Shown here: one piece after another, positions 37,701 to 49,439 of the stretch
Layout of the letters: every line of letters starts with the position of its first letter
How positions within the stretch are numbered: the stretch's first letter is position 1
DNA from: Macrostomum hystrix
Lineage: Eukaryota; Animalia; Platyhelminthes
Length of the DNA: 64,000 nucleotides
Assembly (NCBI GenBank): GCA_950097015.1
Contig: CATNEN010000005.1
Location: 868,001 to 932,000 of the forward strand
Reading direction: 5' to 3'
Made by a program: the position numbers and the translations under genes
Notes under the pieces: model-generated
Seen by the model: the letters and a program-made list of their open reading frames with translations, nothing else
Databases searched by the model: none
Told to the model about the DNA's origin: nothing

Positions 37701-38051
37701 TGATTCGAACACAAGATCAACCTTGAAGGTCAATAATAATAAAACGAACTCCTCTGCTAGAAAAAAAGCCAACGCATTGAAGCTTTCAGAAGTAGACTGA
37801 ACAAGGCACATTTTTTCTTTGTTATCAAAAGCGTAACAACATAAGCGACTTGATTTGTTTAATAAATAAACATTTTATTTCATCGTGATTTTTTCTTTTT
37901 AGGCGAAATTTCGGCGTATTTGCGAAAATTGTGGGACAAATACGAGTAGTAAAATGCTGTCTAGTTATTGAATGAAAAAATAGAGCAAATTAAGCTCTTT
38001 GAAAAATGTTCATAAGTTCATTAATTAACAATAAAAGAAACGGGCTTGCTA

Positions 38052-38745
38052 ACACTGAAGGGACAGGGGATTCAGGCACTAAAAGGATAGGGATTCAGAC
38101 ACTGAAGGGACAGGGGATTCAGACACTGAAGGGACAGGGATTCAGATACTGAAGGGACTGGGGATTCAGGCACTGAAGGGACTGGGGATTTAGACACTGA
38201 AGGGACTGGGATTCAGACACTGAAGGGACTGGGGATTCAGACACTGAAGGGACAGGGGATTCAGACACTGAAGGGACTGGGGATTCAGACACTGAAGGGA
38301 CTGGGGATTCAGACACTGAAGGGACTGGGATTCAGACACTGAAGGGACTGGGGATTCAGATACTGAAGGGACTGGGATTCAGACACTGAAGGGACAGGGA
38401 TTCAGATACTGAAGGGACTGGGGATTCAGGCACTGAAGGGACAGGGGATTTAGACACTGAAGGGACTATGATTCAGACACTGAAGGGACTGGGGATTCAG
38501 ACACTGAAGGGACAGGGGATTCAGACACTGAAGGGACTGGGGATTCAGACACTGAAGGGACTGGGGATTCAGACACTGAAGGGACTGGGATTCAGACACT
38601 GAAGGGACTGGGGATTCAGACACTGAAGGGACTGGGGATTCAGACACTGAAGGGACAGGGATTCAGACACTGAAGGGACTGGGGATTCAGACACTGAAGG
38701 GACAGGGGATTCAGACACTGAAGGGACTGGGATTGTCAGACACAT
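38052..38745. repeat. 24-bp intergenic minisatellite (ACACTGAAGGGACTGGGGATTCAG)
   Basis: Visible tandem copies between ICE2 and the LRR gene. Confidence 0.95.
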
Positions 38746-38933
38746 TCAGACTATAAATTTTTTATAGTGTGCAATTTTTCTAGATTTTTTACTTTGCTAA
38801 TGCAATGTCAATATGAAAACCGAAACAAAATAGATATAGATTTAGGAAATTCCGACAAATGAAGCTATCTTTGCAATGGAAAATAGTAAAGGTACAAAAA
38901 AGTTAAATTATTAGACGAGGCTCATCAGTTTAG

Positions 38934-39219
38934 TTAAGCATCATTTGAGTTGCTTGCCGATACCCATCGTTTAGCGGCGGCTAGTGCGGCTGTAACGACA
39001 GCTGAGTTTGAGACAGTCGATACTGTAGAAGCCGTAGGCACTTGCTGCTGCTGCTGCTGCGGCTTCTGCTGCTTCATTTTTATTTTTGCCATCCAACGGG
39101 CACCTTTTTGCGAATGACGCGACTGAGGATCTTTGGATCTCGGCTGCTGCTGATGTTGTTGCTGACTTTTGTTTCTTCTATTCTTGTTCTTCCCGATTTT
39201 GTTTAACGGGTTCGGACGA

Positions 39220-39251
<32 letters not shown>

Positions 39252-41148
39252 AGTCTGTTCTCTCGACCCTGCGCAGCCTCTTCGAATGGACTGTTTGTCC
39301 TGCTCGGTGACAATTCGAGGATCGAACAATGCCGGGACACGCTTATCCCGCCAATGCGGTTGGCTCAGCAGCTCGGTGTCAATTGGTCGCCACTCGGGCG
39401 CGGACATTGTTAAAGAAGCCGGGGGTTTTGGCGGAGTTGAGGTGGAGTGCTCACGACAGGAGGCTTCTGACAGCATGAGTCGGCAGGCCGGATCGCCCGG
39501 TGATCGGCGGAGCAGCAGGCTCACACCGGATGGCAGGACGCCTAAAGACAGACGCAGACGTTCAAGAGCGTTGACTAAAGAGTGAAGGCTGCCGAGATTC
39601 AATGGAGCGCCACCGTTAGTGGCTGCATCGGCCAAATCCTTGGCAGACAATAGTTCATAGAGCAGCACGCGATTGTCGAACACGCTGCAGCGAAGCCTTA
39701 GCAACGAAGTCTCGCCGCCGGTCGCTAGGGAAGCTAAATAATCGCGACTAGCCTCGAGAGGGCTGACAGTTTCGCAGCCGAAATATGGCTGACGCTCAAG
39801 GTGCACGCGTAGGTGGCAAGGATTTGTTAAATGACTCTCATAGTGCTCGCGTAGTCCAGCGGCTGATGGACGGGGCGCGAACCCGCGACCTACCGATTCA
39901 AATAAGCGCTTAGCAACGCTAGATGGCATATTTGGCGGTCGGCGGGAGCGAACCAGAATTCGATGTCGGCCAATTTTTAGGACACTGTAGATGAGCGAAG
40001 GACCCTGAGCTGCTGGCGCGACTGTTACTGCAATTGCGGCTTCGGATGAGCCGGCTTTCGATTTGACTTCGGCTTCGGTTGAACTGTTATAGATGGTCAA
40101 TTTGGAGCTGATGGAGCTAGAGTGACAGATATGGAGCTAGAGTGACAGATATGGAGCTAGAGTGACAGATATGGAGCTAGAGTGACAGATATGGAGCTAG
40201 AGTGACAGATATGGAGCTAGAGTGACAGATGTGGAGCTAGAGTGACAGTACTGACAGATATGGAGCTAGAGTGACAGTACTGACATACATGGAGCTAGAG
40301 TGACAGTACTGACAGACATGGAGCAAGAGTGACAGATATGGAGCTAGAGTGACAGATATGGAGCTACAGTGCTGATATGTAGCTAGAGTGACAGTTGTGG
40401 AGCTAGAGTGACAGATATGGAGCTACAGTGCAGATATGTAGCTACAGTGCAGATATGTAGCTAGAGTGACAGTTGTGGAGCTAGAGTGACAGATATGTAG
40501 CTAGAGTGACAGATAGGGAGCTACAGTGATATATATTGAGCTAAAGTGACAGATGTGGAGCTAGAGTGACAGATGTAAAGCTAGAGTGACAGATGTGGAG
40601 CTAGAGTGACCGATAAGGAGACAGAGAGACAGATGTTGGTAATGTGGCAGATTGAGAGTGACTTAAATGATCAGAAAATATTTAAACCAGACATAAATAA
40701 ACGCACCTATTATGCTCGCTCGGTGCTCCAAAAGTTTCCAGCAAAGCCAGATCATCTTCCGCTTCGCTTTCATCGTCGGCTGCTTTCAACCGTTTTTCTG
40801 GCGGCTCGTCCAGCTGCTCCTTGTTCTTCTTTTTGTTAGAAGTTTTAGTGAATTTGGCAAACGCTCTCAGTTTGGCAAGCTTCAGCTGCATCTCGGCTAA
40901 AGGAACACCGCCACCATTTGAATGCGGCAGTGTACTATCGATGCACATGATCCATTGGCCATTACCAGTTAGGTAGTCATCGCATGGCTCATCGTACAGA
41001 ACCGGCATCTCCCAGCCGGCCTCGCAAGGAATATCCAGTAGTAACAATTTGAGTGTGCCGCAGCTCATCACTAAGCGACATTTGTGCTCCCTAGCTAGAT
41101 CTTTGGCTAGCTGGTCCTGCGTGATTGGACAGGGCTTCCAGGCTAACA

Positions 41149-41229
<81 letters not shown>

Positions 41230-44200
41230 CTGGCGGACTGTTAGGAAATATTTTAGCCAAATGAGCAGCCCCAACAGATAGAAATGGACAGTTGCTCTTT
41301 GTTATGCCTGCAGGATTCAACTGTAGCGACTGACCCTGCCAAAAAAGAGGGTTTGAAATATGAGTAAAATATGCGGAAATTGGGCACAAGGCCGTTAACA
41401 ATGTGGTCCGTCAAATTAGCTTCGCTAGCAAAAAACGAAGACGAAACGAAAAAACATAAAAAATGTAACGAAGAGGAAACGAATAAGAAACTAAAAAACG
41501 AAGAAGAAACGATTAAGAAACGAAAAAACAAAAAAAGCGAAGAGGAAACGAAGAAACGAAAAAGAAGCGAAGAGGAAACGAAGAAACGAAAAAGAAGCGA
41601 AGAGGAAACGAAGAAACGAAAAAGAAACGAAGAGTAAACGAAGAAACGAAAAAGAAACGAAGAGGAAACGAAGAAACGAAAAAGAAACGAAGAAAAAACG
41701 AAGAAACATAAAAAATGTAACGAAGAGAAAACGAAGAAGAAACGATAAAGAAACGAAGAATAACAAAGAATCGAAAGCGAAACTAAGTGGAAACTAAAAA
41801 GAGAATACGAAACTCAATTATAGATTATTTACTTTCGATAGTATTTTAGTAACGACAATAAAGAAAGAGTGTTACTTAATCCAGACTCATTTCATCATCA
41901 GAGTATTTTGTAAACTTGAAATTTAATGCAATGGCTTCTTTGTTTTTAAATATAAACGACGTTATTTTGATAAAATCGTTACTTTTTTACTGTTCATCAC
42001 TGAAAATGTCTACTAACAGGCCTACTTAATATTTGTCTACTAGGCTTATTTATAAAATTGAAATTCTTACCCGACGAGCGAGAGTCTCAATGAATTCAAT
42101 AGTAATGTTTTCGCTTTTGTCAGTGTGCCACAATGCGATATCGTCGCCTTCTTTAACTGGCATCATGGACAGGCTGTCTAGAGTGCGATAGTACACCGGA
42201 TATTCGTCTCTTCGCCTACTCAAGGTACGCTGCAGAGTCTGCGTAGTCATTTATAAAACCGGGAATGTCGACATATTATGGTAAACAATGAATTGAAGAA
42301 ATCTAGTAAAACAAATAGCATAAAAATTCGGATACTACTTACCAAAAAGTAGTCAGTGTCACTTTGCGGCATGCAGTCGATTGTGAAACTGGGAAAATTT
42401 TTGTGAGCCGCCTGAGCGTAGAGTTGAAAATGCTTCTGTTCGCGCTTAACCTTGGGTAAAAGTTTCTGGAAAAAGAATCGATGATTTTTCAAAGCGGCTA
42501 AAACGGCCTAAATTAGGGCCGTTCAAGAAAAACATTTTTGCCAAAAATGGTAAAACAAAGACTCTAAACTCACCTTATAAGCTTCAAGCTCATCAGCAGT
42601 TACTGTAGATCCGAACATTCTCAGCTCGTCAACGTTGATAGAATTAGATGCACCAGACTCGCCAGATTTTGCAGCGTTGACAACATTCTCCCAGCGAAGG
42701 ACTAGAATCTGGCTAAACTGTTGACTCTCAGACAGAGTTAAAGCTGATCGCACCGGGAAAGGATGCTTAAATTTGATATTATTCTCTTTGTAGAGAGACA
42801 CTTTCTCGACTAGCAATCCAACGGCGGGAGTTGTCGAAGCGACACTTCCAACAGAACAGGTAGAAGCTTCATCAACGCTGTTCGAAGGCTCAGGTTTAGT
42901 GGAAGGTGGAGCTGCCTGACCCTGACTAAAGAACGGGTAGCGATTGCTTCTGCTAGATTCTGATAGATGTACAGCTATAAATGGTAGAAGCTCCAAAGGT
43001 ATGATAATTGTGATCCTGAAGGATTGGATGGTTATGGAATCCTGAAGGATTGGATGGTGATGGAATTCTGAAGGATTGGATGGTGATGGTGATGGAATCC
43101 TGAAGGAATAAATGGTGATGGAATCCTGAAGCAATAAATGGTGATGGAATCCTGAAGGAATAAATGGTGATGGAATCCTGAAGGAATAAATGGTGATGGA
43201 ATCCTGAAGCAATAAATGGTGATGGAATCCTGAAGCAATAAATGGTGATAGAATCCTGAAGGAATAAATGGTGATGGAATCCTGAAGGATTAAATGGTGA
43301 TGGAATCCTGAAGGAATAAATGGTGATGGAATCCTAAAGCAATAAATGGTGATGGAATCCTGAAGCAATAAATGGTGATGGAATCCTGAAGGAATAAATG
43401 GTGATGGAATCCTGAAGGAATAAATGGTGATGGAATCCTGAAGGATTGGATGGTGATGGAATCCTGAAGGATTAAATGGTGATGGAATCCTGAAGGAATA
43501 AATGGTGATGGAATCCTGAAGGATTAAATGGTGATGGAATCCTGAAGCAATAAATGGTGATGGAATCCTGAAGCAATAAATGGTGATGGAATCCTGAAGC
43601 AATAAATGGTGATGGAATCCTGAAGCAATAAATGGTGATGGAATCCTGAAGCAATAAATGGTGATGGAATCCTGAAGCAATAAATGGTGATGGAATCCTG
43701 AAGGATTGGAGGGTGATGGAATTCTGAAGGATTGGATGGTTATGGAATCCTGAAGGATTGGATGGTTATGGAATCCTGAAGGATTGGATGGTTATGGAAT
43801 CCTGAAGGATTGGATGGTTATGGAATCCTGAAGGATTGGATGGTGATGGAATTCTGAAGGATTGGATGGTGATGGTGATGGAATCCTGAAGGAATAAATG
43901 GTGATGGAATCCTGAAGCAATAAATGGTGATGGAATCCTGAAGGATTGGAGGGTGATGGAACCCTGAAGAATTGGAGGGTGATGGAATCCTGAAGGATTT
44001 GATGGTGATGGAATTCTGAAGGATTAAATAATGATGGAATCCTGAAGGATGGTGATGGAATCCAGATTATAGAATAATAGAGCTTGCTGGTATCAGAAAG
44101 CAAGCACTCTGATTCTATAAGGCAGCTTTTAACATCAAGTAACAAAAGCTGTAAATCACGTGTCCAGAAAGACAGACGGATATGATCTTGTGGAATTGGG

Positions 44201-44894
44201 TCCGCAAAGTCAAGGTTGCAAATTGCACTCACGCTTCAGCCATTAATTTTCGTTTCCTCATCTTTGGTACACAAGAACTGGACGGCGGTGGGGGCATAGG
44301 CAGTGACTCAGGCGATGGACTTTGCTGACTACTTGGCCCCAATGACTTTGTTAAAGCCAGCCTAGCTGATTTATTTAACAATGCTTGAGTCTTTTTACTT
44401 GTCGGAATGGTAGTTAATAGTTGAGTCTTTGCTAATTGTGGTAGCATCTTAGCAGCAGGCGGTGGCTGACTCTTAATAATTGTCTTTAACTGTGGTTGAA
44501 TCTGAATTGCTTTATCTGGCTCCTGTTTAACACTTGATTGAGCCTTAGTCCTAGCTGCTGAATGCAATGTTGGTCTAGTCTTTGTACGTTCGGGCAAAAA
44601 ATCTGCTTCATCTTCTTGATTGACATTGGCTTGTGGCACTGGTGTTTCAGATGATGGTTGATTTGCTTTCTCAATGGAAGGCCCTGCTGCTACTGAACTA
44701 GTTGATGATGAACCTGCTAGCTTAGCTGTTTTATTAGAAATAGCAGGCTTATTTGAAATAGCAACTTCACTGGCTTCTGCCTCTGTAGTAGTTGAAATAC
44801 TAGCTGCCAAGGCTTCCATGTGTTTCCAATGACTTTCAAAGTCAAAAGTGTTCATAAAATTATCCAATGTTTCATCAGTGAATTTGCCAGCCAT
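38934..44894 (-). CDS. ICE2: Little elongation complex subunit 2 (ICE2/NARG2), ~1035 aa
   Basis: Exons 44894-44233, 42925-42574, 42465-42343, 42238-42071, 41335-40707 and 40107-38934 are in phase. The C-terminal region resembles NARG2_C (IYSVLKIGRHRILVRS; LERQPYFGCE; WRPID...HWRDKRVPALF). Recognised from recalled family motifs, not from a database search. Confidence 0.75.
40110..40640. repeat. 20-bp minisatellite (GGAGCTAGAGTGACAGATAT) in ICE2 intron 5, running up to the acceptor
   Basis: Visible tandem copies. Confidence 0.95.
41150..41227 (-). repeat. Uninterrupted coding (CAG) tract, ~26 units, encoding polyQ in ICE2 exon 5
   Basis: Pure CTG run on the + strand. Confidence 0.95.
41430..41770. 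repeat. GAA-rich ~30-bp repeat in ICE2 intron 4
   Basis: ACGAAGAAACGAAAAAGAAGCGAAGAGGAA-like units. Confidence 0.85.
43010..44060. repeat. 26-bp minisatellite (GATGGAATCCTGAAGGAATAAATGGT) in ICE2 intron 1
   Basis: Visible tandem copies; the source of the spurious ORFs 42523, 43032, 43472 and 43792. Confidence 0.95.
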
Positions 44895-45728
44895 ATTACT
44901 GAAAATTTGTTAATAGGATAGACTAGAAATTCATGTTTTTAACTATAGGTTGCAGTGCCAATTATGCTGCTATGGACACAAAATAATAAACCTAATCAAT
45001 TCAATTAATTCAAGTGGCTGACATTTGGACTTGAATTATAATATATGTAGTTACTAGGCATAGAGAAATAAGTTTTTTTTAGCTAAACAGTAATCTATAT
45101 ATATAAAAGTGAAAACTCTGTCTGTCTGTCTGTGTGTGTGTGTGTGTGTGTGTGCAACCTTTTGTCTTTATAGACGCCGAAACCGCTCAACCAAATCGCA
45201 CCAAACTTTGCACATACCTAAAACCACCTACGCTGAGTGCAATAGGCTACTCAAATTCCCGAAAAATCATTTCCTTCCTGCTCAAAAGTGCAAAAAACTG
45301 CTCAAAAATCGTCAAAAAATCACTCAATTCGACATATCGTCGCCCCACTTTGTCAGATTTTCTCCAAATTTGATCCACTTACACTTTACATGTTTTCCAA
45401 CAATGCTGTCAATTTTGAACATCTCTACTCAATCCAGAGCAAAGCTGCATCATCTCAAAGTGAGTCACTTTTTGTTTTCCGAGGACAGCCACCCCAACTC
45501 CCCTCCGCCACTCTGCGGGCCAAATTTTATTACAGCCACCCCCTCCCTTCCCCGGGCGCCGAAGCCCCAGACTGTACATTGTATTTCAAGCCATGAATGT
45601 ACACAGCCCAAACCCCTAGACTGTCTACTGGCCCCCAAGCAGCACTGAGACTGAGTGCGGTGAGTGCAGTGGCGTCCCAGTGCGCAGGACTTTTTTGTAG
45701 CTAAAGTGAAAATTCTGTCTTTAGGCTC

Positions 45729-45899
45729 AAGGCTCAGGGACAGTCGCTGAAGGTGGCTGGCATCAACCTGGAGACTCCTTGCTTCTCGCATGGGCAGCTT
45801 TATGTCGCCTGCTCCCGTGTTGGAACTCCAGCTGGCCTATTCATTTTCGCACCAAGGGGAAGAACGAAGAATGTGGTGTATCCCCAGGCCTTGAGGTGA
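45729..45899 (+). pseudogene. C-terminal remnant of a Helitron PIF1-type helicase (absent from the ORF track)
   Basis: Translates KAQGQSLKVAGINLETPCFSHGQLYVACSRVGTPAGLFIFAPRGRTKNVVYPQALR*, i.e. helicase motifs V-VI plus the typical T.NVVY tail. Confidence 0.9.
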
Positions 45900-46051
45900 C
45901 TCGCAAGCAATTAATAGAAAAGTAGTCACGAATTGACCTTGACCTGTCTAACTCTGAACTCTGAAACAGTTTAATTTTGTTTCTTTGACATTGTTATTGT
46001 TATGCCATGGCTATTTTCCTTATGTATACGCGTGTACATGCATACTGTATA

Positions 46052-46327
46052 CAGAGGCAGATTTAGGGGGGGGGGCGGGGGGGGCAGTCGTCCCCCTAAA
46101 TTTTAATCATGGGAATAAGATGCCCCCACCAGGGGCGCCAGTCGCAGCACTGGCGCCCCTTTTCGGCCGCTGGCGCCCCTTTTTCAGCCGCTGGCTCCCG
46201 TTTTTCAGCCGCTGGCGCCCTTTCTTGGCTCCTGGCGCCCTTTTTCGGCCGCTGGCACCCCCTCTGTGATTCTCATGGCGCTCCCCTGACAGACCGCCCC
46301 AAAACAAAATTCCTGGATCTGCCACTG
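46052..46327. mobile_element. hAT-type MITE nested in the Helitron
   Basis: Imperfect TIRs CAGAGGCAGATTTAG / CTGGATCTGCCACTG; perfect 8-bp TSD ACTGTATA at 46044-46051 and 46328-46335; internal TGGCGCCC repeats. Confidence 0.85.
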
Positions 46328-46790
46328 ACTGTATAGAGGAGTGGCTAAGAGACATGTTTCTAAAGAAGTAATCAAGAGGGGGCTGTTTGGACAAACTTTT
46401 CACTTATTTTTTACTTAAAACGCCCTTAAACAAACTCTTCACTTTTCATTAATGCAGTAAATAAATAAATGGTGACCTTCACTATAAAGTTAATACAGAG
46501 ACGTGAATTGCTTACTGCTTTGCTTTAAATTTCTGCCCCAAAAACAACGGGCAAAAAAGCTAGTAATAAATATAAATAAATAAAAATGAATCCTAATTAG
46601 GGTGAAAAGTACTGAATACTATGACTCAGATAAACAACAAAATACTTTATGTCACAAATGAGTGACATAATGCTAAATTTACTGAATTACATTGTAAAGT
46701 ACTACTTGCTTACTATAGTTGTTATAATTCATTAAAAATGAAAAGAGCTCTTATAAAATGTATTACAGTTGTAGACATTACTTGAATTCT

Positions 46791-47707
46791 GGTCATTTCG
46801 GCCATATGCAGTTTTGGCCATAGCCACTTTGGCCAAAAGCCTAATGAGCATAATAGGCCTAGTGCTACATTATGCTACCAAATTGGCAGCTGATTCCAAA
46901 GCAGTAATGCCTTCATGGACTCCCCTGTAAAAAATTCGGCTGCTTCTTTGGCGGGTTTTTTGTAAAATAGGAGTGGAATCTACCCAAATCCCCCCTATCT
47001 TGCAAGAGTTAAAGAAACCACCCAGGAAGCAGCCGATGTAACCGTAAATTGTGCTGAAACCGCCGAAGAATCACCCGAACCAGTGGCCCATGAGACAACC
47101 AGAGAATTATTTACGGGCGATTCCTCGGCGGTTTCTGAGCATGGAATCTTCCGAACTGGAGGATTCTTTGGGTGATTCCATTTCACCACCAAGAAGCACC
47201 GAGAAAACATCCAGTTGGGTAGATTCTAAGCATGGAATCATCCGATTGGTATGTTTCCAGCGTTCAGCTGTTTCTTTTTCTGGAAACACCACAGATTCCA
47301 ACTGGAATCACCCAAAGAAACATCCCTATTTTTTAGCGGGTCTGCAGCTGAACTCATTGGCAATACTTGTAATGGCAAATGAAATGCTCTCATTGGCAGT
47401 ACTGAACTATTTGCATTGGTGCAGAATATTCACATTTTTACCATTCTTTGTGTACCAAGTCCTCTCTTTTATTACTTTCGTACTGTGCAAATACTTTGAG
47501 CACACATTTAAAATTCCTTGTCATTGTAAAAGTCAAATTTGTGCTTACCATTGTTGCTATCAAATAAATTAAAAACTCTTAAATAAACTAGAAATTAGCT
47601 ATAAGAATGTTGTGAGTTTAAATAAGTATAGGGCCAAACTGGTTTCTGGCCGAAATAGTTTGAGACCAAAAAAGCTTTTGGCCCAAATGCCTATAGCTGA
47701 AATGACC
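46791..47707. mobile_element. Degenerate TIR element (possibly Mutator-like) hosting CMC MITE copy 2
   Basis: The left end GGTCATTTCGGCCATATGCAGTTTTGGCCA is mirrored imperfectly at 47670-47707; repeated TTGGCC/GGCCAA motifs; no TSD seen. Confidence 0.45.
46923..47340 (+). mobile_element. CMC/EnSpm-type MITE, copy 2
   Basis: Same termini as 24548-24967; 2-bp TSD TC/TC. Confidence 0.8.
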
Positions 47708-49313
47708 TGTTACCTATTACGTTTGTATAAAACATAAGGATAAAGTAATATACATTATTTATGTGCCAAAAAACCACAGTAATGATAAAACTAACCATTG
47801 ATGCAATGATGCAAGGAACAAATATTTTATATTTTTATTCCATAAAACATGACTTCTTACTTTCTACTTAGGCCTACCTCTATTTTTGTCTTTTATTATT
47901 TTTATTTTTATTTATTGACTCATTAATAATTGTGATAAATGTTTATTTAACTATATTACGTCTACGTATCCTACCTGAACCTTAACAATCATTATTATTA
48001 TGTGTTACCATTGCTTCAGAAGCCACAGACTAGGCCTAGGGCCTATTCCCCATACAGTTCTGCACCCTAGTTAACTGTGAGCAAGGTGCAGCCCCTGCAA
48101 ATATATTTACCTTTGTGCTTTCCCTCCTGTATCTTGCATTAATAACTCAGCTACATTAGGGCCTATAAACTAGGCCTATAAAAACAAATTGCTTTGGCGT
48201 TATTGAGTGCACAATGAGAAATAAGAATATAATAAAAATAATTTCATTAGTATAGAGTGAAGCGTAACAGTAAAAAAATAATAAAATACTGCTTTTGTCA
48301 ACCATCAGTAGAAACTACAGTGTTGATTTGATTTATAGTTGCCAACAATGCGTACATACACAGAAAACTGAGGGCAAACTGTGAGTGATTAAGTTCCAGT
48401 TGATCACGTGAAAGGTTTAACTTCATGAAATTTAAATTCAAACCATAAAAGAAAAGTAATCATTATAACCCCGTACAGTTAGTTGGTACGCTTTTAAAAA
48501 GACTGGGAAAATAAAAGTAATCTAAGTAATGAAATAAATGACAAATAAAATTATTGGATGGTGATGGACTCCTAAAGGATTAAGTGGTGATGGAAATACG
48601 TATGATATTTCGATTTTAATATTTACATTACAGGCTGTTACAACTTGAGGATCAGTACTCAAGCCGCAAACGGATGACCATGAAGTTTCATAAACTTACA
48701 ATTTGAATGTGGCAGATTGCAAAATCGAAAGAATTTTTGTAATTCATGCCAAACTCTGGCCTCAGCCTTCAAAGTTGACCATGAACAAAGCTGAAATTAT
48801 ACACATTTTGATTTCGATTGCCCAATACCTGCACAAGTTGGTATTTGAACTGTCTTAGACAATAAAAAGGTAGAACAAATGTAAGAACAGCATTGTATCT
48901 GCTTCCAATAAAAGGCTATCATCATTTTTACAATTAAATGTACAAAAAAGGAAAAAGTACAATTTTCCTTTCTCGCTATAGTGCAATTTTTTATGAAAAT
49001 CAGCCTTAAATAAATTTTCCAAGAAACTAAGTGTCCCGTCCTTCTTCTGGCGGTCTTTTGCCTTGCACAAAATAACTAAAAAGCCATTGCTAGAGTATAC
49101 ATTTTATCTGGACCTGTGTGCCTCTCTTAAAACGGCTCGATCCATGTCTGTACCTTGTATTTACCCAAGATGGCCAACGCATACAGTCAGTAAATTAGAT
49201 GGTCTAAATACATTTACAATGAGTAGTAAAGTGATTAAGCGATAATGAGATTCACACACGAGTCTTTTTCAAACGGGCTCGAGCGGATTAATTACAGACT
49301 CAATGATATGTAC

Positions 49314-49341
49314 AGCTCTCTCTCTCTCTCTCTCTCTCTCT
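49314..49341. repeat. (CT)n microsatellite about 100 bp upstream of the Ly6 gene
   Basis: Directly visible. Confidence 0.9.
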
Positions 49342-49439
49342 GTCACCTTCCTAATTTCGCTCTGCTGCAAGAATAAATTGAAGCAGCAAAGACTTATAGT
49401 TAAGCTGCGCAAAAGAACCCGACTTAAATACCCTTTTCC

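Larger units (their letters stand above)
45094..46563 (+). mobile_element. Non-autonomous Helitron, ~1.47 kb
   Basis: 5' end A|TCTATATATATAAAA followed by a (CTGT)n/(TG)n tract; 3' hairpin TGCCC...GGGCA then CTAG|T; internal helicase remnant. Confidence 0.85.

Noticed and set aside
41049-41264. Poly-cysteine protein ORF
   Set aside because: It is the antisense reading of the ICE2 CAG tract.
41371-41766. Lys/Glu/Arg-rich ORF and Phe-rich antisense ORF
   Set aside because: Products of a GAA-rich intronic repeat in ICE2 intron 4.
42523-44232. 385-aa and 146-aa ORFs as single coding exons
   Set aside because: Only 42925-42574 is exonic. The rest is the 26-bp array inside the phase-2 intron 44232-42926.
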